DNA of 64,000 nt, from assembly GCA_965178125.1 (NCBI GenBank), contig OZ237757.1, positions 930,001-994,000 of the forward strand. The letters run 5' to 3'. Positions within the stretch are counted from its first letter, which is position 1; every line of letters starts with the position of its first letter. The stretch is from Bilabrum cf. latius (Eukaryota). The notes beneath the pieces were generated by a model. It was given only the letters and a program-made list of their open reading frames with translations, was not told where the DNA came from and made no database searches. This document shows, one piece after another, positions 27,432 through 39,793 of this stretch. The translations under genes and the position numbers were made by a program.

Positions 27432-29087
27432 ATGCTGTTTGATGTATTCAAGCGATGCCCTATTTTGGTTGTAATTTTAGTGTACTATTCCAGATGCGAC
27501 GACAGAATTCAGATCGTTCCCGGCACGCTTCCAATTATTCTATCTGCACCTCACGACGGCACCACAACAGTCACTGGCTGGCCAATACGGCAGCATGGAT
27601 GCGTTGATCCGAGCTTATATGGAGGATCTGGAGGCTGTGCGTATAACCACACGTGCGACCGGCCACCGTATAACTTGACTAGAGATTCTAGCGAATGCAG
27701 AGTTGTCACCTCCCGTGACCTGAGGTCAGGAATTGTGGCTGACCTCGTGTCCAATGCGATCTCGCGCGCGGTAAACGATTCTGCTGCAAGCGCTGGCCTC
27801 CCGACAGAATGTCGCATGGACCATCGCCCCTGGTCGGTCCGGTCGCTGATCCGTCGCAGCCAGCTCGACCCGAACAGGGATGTGCAGCAAGCGGCACAGG
27901 GTTTCCAGCCCGCCATCGGGGCGTGGGAGACATACCAGTAGTTCGTGCTGTGGGCCAAGCGCAACATCAGCGTCGCGGTCCCCGCGGCGCTGGCACCCAG
28001 CTACCAGCCGAGCTCCCCAGCAGGAGGGGCAGCCTCAGTGAGGGGCCTACGCCTGTCCAGCGGGCTGCTCTTGGACATGCACGGGCACGGGCACGCCTTT
28101 TAGGCCACCGAGCTGGGCTACATGCTGACTAGCTCCCGGCTGGAGTCCCCGGACGCTGCAGTGGACGCAGACCCCTCCCGGTTTGCCAACAGCAGCTCGG
28201 TCAGGTTCGGCGCCTCTGCCTCGCCGCTCTAGTTCTCTTCCCTGCTGCGGGGGAACAACGCGTCTCTTGGGGCCTGGATCCAGGAACCAGTGCAAGGAAT
28301 TGACGGAAACACGTACCGATTCGTTTCGATTCCGGGCCCGACCCATCCGGACCCCGGCGGTGGGTCGTACTTCAGCGGGGGTTACCTGACGGGGCGGTGG
28401 GGCAGCAGGGCCGGGCCGGGGAGGGCTTCGGGGCGGGACGGTGAGGTGGGAGATGCTGCGGGTGGACCCAATGTGATAGACTCGGTGCAGGTGGAGATGC
28501 CCTCTTTCGTGCGGTCCACGAACGACAGCGTGAGGGGGGCATTCGCGCATGTGCTGGCTAAGGCAGCCATAAAGTACATGGCCCTGCATCACGGGGTCGA
28601 TCTGCTGGACCCAGCGTGGATGGCATGGAGGGCAGGCTGCGTGCTGCCGAGCCCCAGCCCCAGTGCCAGCCCTACCCAGTCCGTGCCTCCATCTGAATAG
28701 CCAGCCAGCACGTCGCCGATCCCACGGCAGACCGCCCATCCCTCCCCGCGTGCCGCACCCACCACTGGTCCCGGTAGCGGCAATTCTACGGGACACGGGC
28801 ATGAGGATGACAGAGACAGTGGCAGCTCGGACACTCAGGGGCTGGAGCTGTCGGACGGGGCCTGGGCGGGCATTGCAGTAGGACTGGTGGCAGGGTGTGC
28901 CTTGGTTACTGGGATAGTTGTGGTCCTTGCGTGCCCCGGCACATGCTCAAGAGGGGACAGCGCGTTTGGATCAGCCAGCGTCGGGCCTCTCAGAGGCGGA
29001 CAAGCAGTTGGGACAGGCGACGGGTACGTCAAGGATACTGATCCAGCCTTCGTCGAAAATAACAAGCACCTGGCGAGTGCGGTATAA
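27432..29087 (+). CDS. N-formylglutamate amidohydrolase-like protein with signal peptide and C-terminal TM helix (~551 aa)
   Basis: Motifs LSAPHDG, RSQLDPNRD, LLLDMHGHGH, ELGY, YFSGGY, VQVEMP. Three TAGs join the fragments. A Pro/Ser linker precedes AWAGIAVGLVAGCALVTGIVVVLA. Ends TAA. Confidence 0.7.
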
Positions 29088-29219
29088 TGTGTTGTGTGTA
29101 GATCGCAATGACACAGTGCCACACGACGCTTCGTTGTCGTAACGTCAGATGATGCAGATCTTCGTGTGCGCCAAGCAAAACCATCATGCGGGCATCAAAC
29201 AGACAGGATAGCAACGCAA

Positions 29220-29558
29220 TCACGATACAACGCATCCCCCCTGCTTCTTCTAAGCCTCTTGCTCCCTACGCTCTCTGGCTGCGGCCTCACGTTGCTCCTT
29301 CCTCTCCCTGGCTGCACGTTTTTCCTCTTCCGTCTGCTCTCTTATCAGATTGAGAGAAGTGCCGTCGGATACACCGGCCTCCTTTAGTGTGTACGTGTCG
29401 ATAAGGGTCCCATTCGAGCCATGAACCAGCCTTTGGCTGGCAGCTGGAATTCCACCTACCTCGGCATACTTGGCCTTTAAATCGGCTACCGTGCTATCGT
29501 CCTCAATTTCGATCGTTTTCGTTTGACGGAGTAGTGTGTGGGTGATAAGGACCTTCAT
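29220..29558 (-). CDS. ubiquitin-like protein with C-terminal CaaX box
   Basis: Ubiquitin fold (TIEIEDDSTVADLKAK...GIPAASQRLV...TLKEAGVSDGTSLNL). Reading through TAG 29250 gives ...EAQKKQGGCVVS then TGA. Confidence 0.75.
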
Positions 29559-29758
29559 CGGCGTGTACAATCGGATAGGTGCAAATAGAAATAGCCGGCG
29601 AGACCGTTGGCCGGTGATGAGGATGTCAATTCAAGTTGGTCGCAAGCTGCGGTGCACCGTGACGGGACTGTCAACTGCACTGTGTTTTAGCTGCTGCACT
29701 AGCCATAGAGAAGTCCAGGACAAAATAATGGGAGCCTCAGGTTGTACAGACACTGGCC

Positions 29759-32700
29759 TCAGGCAGAGTCGCCTTTTGCCTCCTCCCCGGCAGCGGCAGC
29801 ATCGTCCTCCTTGCCCTCACCCTCCCCGCCCTCCATGGGCTTCTGGCCCTCCTCGGCCCCTTCTGCGGGCTTTGCTGCCTCGCCCTCCTTGGTGGCCTCG
29901 CCGTCCGCCTTGCCTTCGCCCTCCTCCTCGTCAATCTTCTCCTGCACTTCCTCCTCTCCCTCCTTCTTCTCCTCTTGCGGCGCATCCTCGCCCGCCCCAC
30001 CCGCGGCGGCACTCGCCTCCTCCACCTTGGGCTCCTCCACCTTAGGCTTGGGCTTGGGCTTGTTCACGATCCTCTCGCACTCGTCCTGGATGGCCCTGAC
30101 CCTGGCCCGCACGTCCTCCACCTTGAGCACGGGGTCCTGCTTGGCGCTCAGCTTGCCCTGCTCGCTCTGCAGGTCACGGTACCACGTCTCGGCGCCCTTA
30201 GCGGCGGACCGCAGTGTGTCCCTGTCCGACTCGTCCAGGTGCGCGTATGCCTCGTCCGCCGAGGCAGCCACCGCCCTGTACCTCTCCACGAGGGACATGA
30301 GCGTGGCACCGGCCTCTGCGATGTGCTGAGCGTTGTACCACCGCGCCTCGATAGGACCACCCTTGGCGTGCAGCTTGGTGAGGTGCTCCTCCAGCTCGCC
30401 CAGGTCAGCGTCCTCTCCGTCCCCGTAGCAGACCCAGTCCTCTTCCTCGTCCAGCAGGTCCCTGATCTCGTCCGCCACGCCGTCCTCTACGAAGTCCTTC
30501 AGCTTGCTCCGCAGGTCGTTCCGCAGCGCGTACACGTACTTCTCGAGCTCGTTCCTCTTGGCCGTCTTGAAGCGTACTTCCTCGTCCCGCCTGGACATGG
30601 CGGCCTCGCTGGCGAACAGGTCGTCAAACCCGGGCTTGTTGAGTGCGCCCGTGACCGCCTCGGTCAGGGTGGGGACCGGCACGCGGGTCACCTTGCGCTT
30701 ACGGGGGGCAGCCTCGGCGGCGGCGCCGGCAGCAGCAGGGGTAACTGGGGTCTCGCCCTCCTTGGCTGCCTCGCCCTCCTTGGCTGCCTCGCCCTCCTTG
30801 GCTGCCTCGCCCTCCTTGGCTGCCTCGCCCTCCTTGGCTGCCTCGCCCTCCTTGGCTGCCTCGCCCTCCTTGGCTGCCTCGCCCTCCTTGGCTGCCTCGC
30901 CCTCCTTGGCTGCCTCGCCCTCCTTGGCTGCCTCGCCCTCCTTGGCTGCCTCGCCCTCCTTCGGCTCATCGCTCATGGGGGCCTGGCCTTCGGCGGCACC
31001 TTCCTCCTCCTTCTTCTCCTCAGCAGCCGGAGCCGGGGCCGGGGCCGGGGCCGGCGGCTCGGGCACCTTGGGCTTGGCGAGGGACGCTGCATCCACAGTG
31101 ACGATGCCGTGGTCGGACAGCCCGAACTCCACCCTGATCTTGGGCAGGAACTCGGCGGCGGCGTCCTTGGGGGCCTCTGCCACGCCCGCCGCGACGTCCA
31201 TCTCGTCGAGTTTCTTCTGGTTGGCCACCGCCTCGTCCACCTCCTGCTTGGGCACGTCGATGCGGAAGCGGGCGACCTGCAGCTCCTTGAGCTCCAGCAA
31301 CTGCGAAGCCGCAGTCGAGTCAGACATGCTCACCACGGCTGTCGGGGCGGCGGCACCGTCCCCTGCACCTCCCGTGGCTGCCCCATCGCTGCCCCCAGCG
31401 ACTCCCACTCCCGCGCCGGCCCGCAGCGCCTTGGCCACCTCCTTTGGGTCGTACTCAGCCACCACCTCGAAGGCGCCCCCCTCCCTGAAGGTCACCCTCT
31501 GCTGGTTGGGCATGGGACTCCCCGCGGGGAACACCATCACGGCCTGCTTCTCCTCCTCGTCGCCCTCCGCGTCCTTGGGAGTGGCAGACACCTTGCCCAC
31601 GGGGCCCCAGCGCAAGCGCACAGGCAGCACCACCCGGTCCTTGACGGAGTACTCCTGCACGCGGAACAGGGGAGACACCATGGCGCAGCACAGCGCGCAA
31701 CCCTTCGCCACGCACTCGTCTGCGTTCACCGACGTCTGCAGGTTGTGCGCCTTGGGCTCGTCCAGGGGCATACCCATCGTCTTGGCCACCGTCCGCTTGA
31801 TCAGGCGCACGCGAGACGCACCGCCCACCACCTCCACGCCCCCGAATCCCTCGAACGGCTTCTCCATGCCGTCCGCGCCCACCTGGGCCAGCGCGCGCCG
31901 CACCACGCCCGCCACCCGGTCGGCCACCGGCTGCAGCGCGACCTCCATCTCATCCAGCTCCACGGTCTCGGCCAGGTCAAAGTCCTCTACGAGGCACTCC
32001 GAGTTGGCCTTGGCCTGGTTCACGCCGTAAGGGGTCATCGTCTTGCGGACCTTCTCGGCGGCGGTCAGCAGCTTCAAGCGGACCTTCTTGTTGTCCCAGG
32101 GCTGCCCTGCGGCGGGATGCTTGGCCGCGAACCTGTCGGCGAGCAGCCTGCCCACGGCGGCGTCCATGTTGCGGCCGCCCGCCTCCTCGTCCCAGGCAAC
32201 CGCGTCCACCGTGGCGGAGCCGGCCTTGAACGTGACCACCGTGGCGCTGCGACGTGACAGACAGGAGAGAGAACATGAAGCACACAAGATGATAGCAGGT
32301 TGGGAGCGATCCATGAAGGAAGGGTGCGGTGCAGTACACAGCAGTGCAGTACACAGCAGTGCGGTGCATCAAATCTCTCTCTCACGTGGTGTGGGAGTAG
32401 CCCGTGTCCACAAAAAGGATGCGCTGAGGGCCAGCGGCGAACTCGTTGCGCGCGTTACGGAAGAACCCGTATCCCAGCGCGGTGGCCGTTCCCTCCGGAA
32501 GCAGCCGCAGGCAGTGCACGCCGGCCAGCTTGCAGGCGTCCACGAGAGCAGCTCGCTGGGGGGCCGTGAAGTACGCCGGGATGGACAGGACCACATCGGA
32601 GGCGCCCGCCCTCGGGTTCGCTCTCTGTGCGATGGAGAGCGCCCTCTTGAGGACCATCGAGGCGAGGTGCACCGCCGTGACCACCTGCTTCTTGCCCGCG

Positions 32701-33461
32701 TAGCGCACCTCGACGGCGGCGCGGCCGTCAGGGCCCTCCACCAGGGGGAACGTGAAGTGCTCGGCTGCTTCCTACTTGAGAGCCGGCTCGTCCATCCGCC
32801 GGCCGAGGAGGCGCTTGATCTGGCGGGCCGTCTGCGGCAGGCGCAAGAAAGGCGTGGCACCTTCCCCAACGAATCTCTCAGAATCTGAAAACGCTACCGC
32901 CGAACTGCAATGATGCTCCAGGAAAAGGACGGGGGAAATAAAATGAAAACAAGTTGTAGGCCTTGTGGTCGCCAGCGTCGCATGCAGCCTCGCCAATTCG
33001 AACGCACACAGCCCTGCCTAAACTGCCACGGCACATCCGGGAACACATCGCACTACAAATTTAACGTCACCGGCACACCTTATATACCAAGACGTCTATT
33101 AAAAATGCAGCAATCAAATTAAGGTACCTGCCGGCGCATACCAGTGGCCTGAAAGCAGATGCGAGTGCCACGCGTACCAGCGAACACAAGAACATCCTTT
33201 TCGAACACATAGACAACAGTTACTTTCCAAATCCACCTGTCCCTCACAACGTGGTATGGTACGAATAAATGCAACAGTAGAGCGCACTTCCACATCATTA
33301 AATCCTGCCTTGAGCTAGAGCCTAACAAAAAACACTGCAAGCTAAGCGCCTCACGCATTCAGCCTGTTTGATCCCTCGTTCAGCAAGACATCGATGCCAC
33401 CGGCCTTCGCCTACCCAACAACGAAGTTTAAAGCACCAAAGTCGACGCCAAGGACCGCCAT
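29759..33461 (-). CDS. HSP110: Hsp110/Sse1-type Hsp70-family chaperone; introns ~32906-33354 and ~32248-32384
   Basis: Motifs MAVLGVDFG, GIDVLLNEGSNR, VVLSIPAYFT, VEVVGGASR, NADECVAKGCALCCAMVSPLFRV, KRNELEKYVY. GTGAG...CAG introns. In-frame TAGs near 33411 and 32772. Confidence 0.9.
30753..30961 (-). repeat. 18 bp tandem repeat encoding (EGEAAK)x11 in the Hsp110 acidic loop
   Basis: CTCGCCCTCCTTGGCTGC units are directly visible. Confidence 0.9.
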
Positions 33462-33603
33462 CGCCGGTCAATAGAGTGAGTTATGCTGTGTTGCCACTTG
33501 GCCCGACCTCTCTAACAGTACCGTGTTAATTAAATCAAACCGGATTTCATCCGGAGTTGCACCGTCATCCGCTGTCTGTGTGGCTCAGTTTTCCCGCACA
33601 GAC

Positions 33604-34800
33604 ATGCCACGTATCCTGGCATTTCTCGATCCAGTATTTGCTCCTGTCGATGCATATGCGAGCAGTTTCACATGGGATTCTGCTCCCATGAGTGGACTGG
33701 CTTGGCCGATTGGCTCAGCGATCGTTTACGTAGCGAGCATTTTGTGGCTGACGCCCGCGGCAATGGACAAGAAGAAGCAGACCGAGGCGTTGAGAGCTAA
33801 GAAAGGTGATCTGTCACAGCTGCCTTGGCGAAAGCTGTGGACGTGGCCCTTGGTCTTGCACTACACCGTTCTATCATTGGGGTCTCTGATCATGTTGGTT
33901 GGCACCTTGCGCGAACTAGAGAAGCGCTGGGTGGTTGATTCTGGCGCCCATGTGCTCTCTGACGCAGAGAGTGGCGGCTTGGCGGCATGGGCGGGCCGCT
34001 GGCTGCTTTGCGAGTACGTGACCCCTGGTTCCATTCAAGCGGCTGCGCCCTACGCCGGAACTGTCACGGATGGAGCGGCTGCCGTTGCTTCGGGGCCTTT
34101 GTACTTTTGGAGCTATGTATACTACCTGTCCAAATGGTACGAGCTCCTGGACACCGTGCTGGAGCTGCAGCGGGGAGCGCCCCCGCCATCGTTCGGGCTG
34201 CACGTGTACCACCACGCGACCGTGATGCTCATGTCCTGGTTCTGGATGCAGCAGCGGCAGAGCCTGCAGTGGATCGGTCTTTGCTTCAACACATTCGTGC
34301 ATGTGGTCATGTATATGTACTACGCTTTGTCTCGGGCTGGCCAGCGCGTGTCGTGGAAGACCCTGGTGACGGGCCTGCAAGTGGTGCAGTTCGGCACTTC
34401 GCTCGTCTCGTGGGTGGCATTTCTGGCCCTGCACCTGGGTACGGGGCTGCAGGGGTACACAGAGACCATGCCAGCCCCAGGATGGGCCAAAGGTCTCGGC
34501 AATGCCGCTGCGGGGTCAATTGAGGCAGCCCTGGGTGCCGGCGCGGCAGGGCAAGGCAAGGTGTCTGCCGCGCCGGCCGGCACCCCCGTTGAGAGTTTTA
34601 GCTGGCTTGCGGGGGCACAGGGGTAGTGCGCGGGAGGCTGGGCGGTGGTGTTCAATCTGATTTTCAACGTGACGCTGCTGCACGGCTTCGTGGGGATCCT
34701 TGCCAAGGCCATGTGCAGGGGAGGGGGGGGGCGGAAGAGGAGCAAGCTGGAACCGACCGAGGCTGTCCAAACCAATACAGGCCTCAAGAAAACGAAATGA
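33604..34800 (+). CDS. fatty-acid elongase (ELO/GNS1/SUR4 family)
   Basis: Motifs YYLSKWYELLDT, LHVYHH, NTFVHVVMYMYY, TGLQVVQF. After TAG 34624 come the last TM helix (FNLIFNVTLL) and a terminal KKTK. Ends TGA. Confidence 0.9.
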
Positions 34801-34976
34801 GGTGGCTGCTGATAAGAGCGTCTTAAGCTTTACAGCTACGGCCAGGGAAATTTAGGGCCGAGCACTGGCAGTGTCGCAGTCCGGGTGGGCCATGTCGGCC
34901 ACGATGTGATGAGCGCAGTCGAGTGTAGACAGTTATGATGTGCATTTGCCGTGTTTGCAACCAGATTCAACCGACC

Positions 34977-37066
34977 ATGCCCCGAAAAGGCAAAACCAAA
35001 GGTGGTGCACAATCTAAGAAGGCGTAGTAGCGCGCCTAGAGAAAAGCGTAGCGACTTCTGAAACAACGACAAGCCAAAGCAGGCGAGGAACCAACGCAAG
35101 ACTAGGCATCCTTTGACCCTAGAGAGCAGCCCGCAACTGGAGATTAGGATGATCTTGGTCATGAACAACATTTCAAACTCTCCTCCACTGATGAGCGAGG
35201 GGTGGACAGCGAATTGGCAGCTCAGGAATAGAAGACTGCGGGTGCTACTGGCACAGAAGATGTGTCTGACGGCGATGAAAGCGGCACGGATGATGACTCT
35301 AAGTACAGTGATAGCGAAGATAGTACTATGAGTGATGAAAGCGATGGAGATGGTCCGCCTCGGGTGGGAACTTGGGCTACCGGTGGCAGTGGGGGAAGGG
35401 GCGGCTAGGCTTCAGAGCAGCAACGGGATCGGGAAATTCGCCTATTTATGTTTGATTTTGGCCACTGTGACCCCAGACGCTGCTCTGCTCACAAGATGCG
35501 ACGCCTTGGATTCATCCGCACTCTCAAGCCAAAGGACCGCTTCTAGGGGATCGTCTTGTCCCCCACTGGAAAGTACGCTGTCTCGAGAGATGACCGGGAG
35601 CAGATCGCCAAGCATGGAATTGCCGTGGTGGACTGCAGCTGGAACAAAACGGACGGTGTTCCGTTCAAGCGCATCGCCGGGACCTCCCGTCTGCTCCCGT
35701 TCATGGTCGCTGCCAACACGATCAACTACGGCAAGCCCATGAAGCTCAAGTGAGGCGTCAGCCAACGACCCGATGGCACTCTTCCAAACCTAACGTTGCA
35801 CTGTCTGCTCGCCGTACGCGCAAATGCTCGCATCATATTGCGTCTCTCTGTTTCCCAAGCTGCAATCCCCCGTCCCGCAGCTGCGTAGAGGCAGTCGCGG
35901 CTGGCCTGGCCGTTTGCGGCTGGCACCGCGAGGCGGCGACTCTGTTGGACCCTTTCTCCTACGGGCCCACCTTCTTGAAACTGAATGCAGACACTCTGCA
36001 GAGGTACTCGGAGTGCAGAGATGCTCGGGAGGTGTTTTTCGCGCAGGCAGAGCTGCTCCACGAGGCTCGCGAGCGGTCTGCCTCGCGCGGGGTGCGCAGC
36101 TCGGCAGCTCTGGCGGAGGGAGCCGGCCGCATGCTGCTGCCCAGCGACAGCATCGGGGAAGAAAGCAGTCAAGCAGGTGCGTCGAGCGGGGCGGCTGGTG
36201 CATCGAGTGGGGCAGGTGCCGACCATGCAGGCGGTGCAGTCGCTGACGAGGACGCCGACTTCGAGGCTGACGAGGCCGCGGGGATGCACGTCGATACAAC
36301 TGGACGGGAGGACGTCACCATCGATGCAGTAGCTGGGGCAGGCCGCGATGATGCCGCAGGGACCTCGCTAGCTGATCCAGTGGACGGTGCGCAGGGGCGA
36401 CCAGCAACGGGCGCTGCATCAGCCCTGACGGCTGAGGGGCTGTCTGCTTGGCACGTGGACGACAGTCGAGCCGAGAAGTTGATCGCAGCAGCGTGGCGCA
36501 ATAGCGGGGACCACCGGCCGGGCGATGGCAGCGCTGATCCTGGATCAGGGCACAGCGCATCACCCCAGACAGGGGCACCACCTGCAGCCCCTAGCCCTGG
36601 CGAGGATACCAGGCAGGCGGCTGGCTCCTATGCGGCCAGCCCTGGTGATGGCCACAAGCCGAGGACTGCACCACCTGCGGCTGCCCCCGTTGACCCCGTC
36701 ATCGCCCCCGCCCCGGTGGGTGCTTTCGCTCTGCAAGTAGCGGAAGCAGGAGCGACTCGCGGAGCATCTACTGGAGCAGCGTCGTCTTGTGACGGGGTAG
36801 AGGAGTCGGCAGCTCTAGACGAGTTCGGAAGAGCACCAAGCGATGCAGAGGGTGCAGCGGCAGAGGCCGAGGGTTCGGCTCTCGGCACCCAGCTAGACCT
36901 CAGTCGATTCGCGGGCATGGCCGGGGCTGCAGCAGGTGGTACTGGCTCGGAAGAAGACGATAGTGGGAGTGACGGGAGTGACCTGGGAGAATCCGATGAC
37001 GAGGAGGAAGCAGGAGTCGCGGGCGAGGGTCTGCGCATGATGGATGAGGCCATATCAGAGGACTAA
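34977..37066 (+). CDS. TSR3: 18S rRNA aminocarboxypropyltransferase Tsr3; intron 35750-35880
   Basis: Motifs [66 protein letters not shown]. About 9 in-frame TAGs in exon 1. Ends TAA. Confidence 0.88.
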
Positions 37067-37122
37067 GTTCGGGCGATGATAGTTGCAAGTTGGTATCAGC
37101 TGCAGTCATAGGTTCGATATGA

Positions 37123-39606
37123 TCACGATTGAGCCTTGCTGGCCCATGCAGACCCACACGACTGGTCCAGCTGATCCAGCAGGTCGTCCTCGGGCACATC
37201 GAGTGGAACGGCGCGGGAGGCCCACGGTAGCAGCGTGTGCGCCATCCTTGGGTGTGCCATGAGTTCCTCGTGGTTCTCCGGGCATACCACCTGCATGACT
37301 CCCTTGGAGGTGCGCACCCGCATCGATGGAGCAACTTGGGTCTGCAGCAGTCTGGCAGTCACAGATGGTGCTGCAGCAGAGTTCTCATCCTCACGTGACT
37401 AATCCGCGTCACCTTGCTCCCCAGGTGCAGTCTGCTGCTGCATGGAGGTCCACAACGAGTCGAGCCACTCGCGCGCCTGCCCACCGCTGCGAAGGGCGGC
37501 CGGTGTCTGTGCTTGCTGCCTCAGGCGCTCGTGCTCGTCGAGTCCATGCCCGGACACAGCCAAGTGCTCCCTGGCGTGCCTCTCCAGCTAGCTGAGCATG
37601 AAGGTGAGCCTCGTGTGGGAGACCCTGCCCTTGGCCCCGAAGCCTTGGCCGGCTGGCAGCTCAGATGCGCCGGGGCTGCTAAACTCCTCAAAGGCCCACG
37701 CCCCCGTGGCCACCACCGGCAGAGCGTCCAGCAGCACCTGCTCCGATGCCCCTGCCAACGACTCGCTCCCGATCGACGCGATGGCCGCAGCAGCCAGACT
37801 ATGATACGAGGTTTCAAGCCGGTCAGCCCCTCGAGTCCAAGCCAGCGCGATCGGCAGCGGGGGCAGGGCTGACGACGCTGCATTCTGGTCTGATCCACCC
37901 GCGATAGGCGCAACTGCCTGTCCACGAGGCAGGGTGCTGCTGGGATTGCGTCGCAGCAGATCCATTGCTGCTTGCTGCGCGGCCTGGTGCTCCCCACCGT
38001 TGTTGGCCGCACTCGGCACCTCTCCCTGCTCATGCGCGGCCCATGCACCCAGCGCCGCGATCTGGTCGTGCCTTACTGGGAGCAGGAGCACGCCGGCCGA
38101 GACGGGCTGTACTAGCTTCCTCGCGAATGACCTCACGTATCCCGTAGCTGGGATGACCTGGGATGCCGCCAAGGAAGCCGCGTGCAAGCACTGCAGCGCT
38201 GAGACATTCACCCCAGGACCCGCTTGCACGCCGCGACACCCTCGCGCCTCCTCTGCAAAGCGGGCTTCCACGAGTGACCGTGCCTCGAACAGGCTGTGCT
38301 CCATTGGCATGACGTCCTGGGTGGACAGAGCCAGCACCAGACTTCCTTGGGGCTGTCCTTGGGCGGGGTCCGCCTTTGATGGCTTGTCCCGCTTGCACTC
38401 CTGCAGCAGCTGGGCAAGCGGGCCGGGCGCGTGTTCATAGGACCGCTGTACCCAATCAGACCTTTGTCCAGCTGCGGCTGGACCCTGGCTTGAGTGTGCG
38501 AGCACAGCCGTGCTGAATCGGTGCACAGCTCTTGCTACCTCTGGAGAGCGCAGCGGCAGGTGCTGCGCGACTGGGTCACGCCCCGGGTCTGTGCCCTCGA
38601 CTGCTGCCGGTGCAGTTGCACCATCATCAGGGTGGGGCTCCAGCACCAAAATGTGGTCCACACGGGCCGCGCGATGCTGTGGGCTACCAGCCTCCAGCAT
38701 GCGGCTGCCCGGACTGGGACGCTGCGCTGTTGTGCGCTGCACGTGTGACTGCAGATGCCCTTTCGAATCTCCTTCAGATGTCTACCCGTGCGTTGATTGC
38801 GTCTCTATCCACCACGCCCTGGCATCCCCCGCCTGCATGCTCGCCTCATGCGCCCTCGCCTGCGCCGCAGTCCACTGGTAGGCCGATAGCTCAGCCAGCT
38901 GTAGACGGAGCAGCGCAAAATCGTCAAGCGGGTCACCAGATGCCATTATCACGCTTATCAGTTTAGAGGGTGAGCTCGAGCACCAGCTGCCTGGCTGTCT
39001 CCAGTCCCGGTGCAGCCGTCCATGCTGCAGCTCGCCTGGTCGTCGCTCGGTTCCTGCAGAGCTCGCCAAAAGGGTCGGCCCGTGGTGCATCGAGACTAGC
39101 ACTCCCGAGTGGATCTCATGAGCAACTAGCAGAACCATTAGAATAAATCCTAACCCTACTATGACCCTTACGTACGAAGACATCACATAATTGCAGTACC
39201 ATGACCAGAAGTTCGGAGCTTGCTCTTCATCCGCTTCCGATCGCGACAGGCATCCACACCGTCGCCCAGCGCGGGCACATCCGGTCTTACAATCGTGATG
39301 CCATCCGGATAAACTGAATATCCCACCAACGTTCTTGGCTGCTCTTCTTGGCTTCCTTTTCTTTCCTGTGGCTGCTGTCTACCTTGACGTTCGGCGTGTG
39401 GCAGTAGTCTTTGCGGTTGCGTGTGAGCTGCTGCTGGCTAATGGCTGTCTCCTTGCACTCTCCATCAATACCCGGTGCGGAATGCCCCGGGAACCTCCTT
39501 GCTGCGGAGTGTTGGCACGTCTAGCTTGAGGACGAATCGGTCTATTTGTAGGGACCGCTGCATACTCGGATATGCGAGGAAACTCGATTTCCTCCAACTC
39601 GTTCAT
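37123..39606 (-). CDS. hypothetical single-TM protein (~827 aa)
   Basis: ORFs 39379, 38782, 37588 and 37123 share a frame joined by TAG. One hydrophobic segment (VIVGLGFILMVLLVA). Ends TGA. Confidence 0.55.
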
Positions 39607-39793
39607 GATGCTATGAATAACTAGTGATGACCTCAACCCGCGCGGCGCGATATTCACTGCCCCCCTGTGCCACACAGTGTGCGAGAAGAACTTCTTGAAG
39701 ATTGGCGCTGCAAAGCCGGAACCATGCAACTTGAGGTGGTTCGTGGCGACGATCGGCCATTTTGCTGCTGCTCATAAAAACTAACGAAATAAA

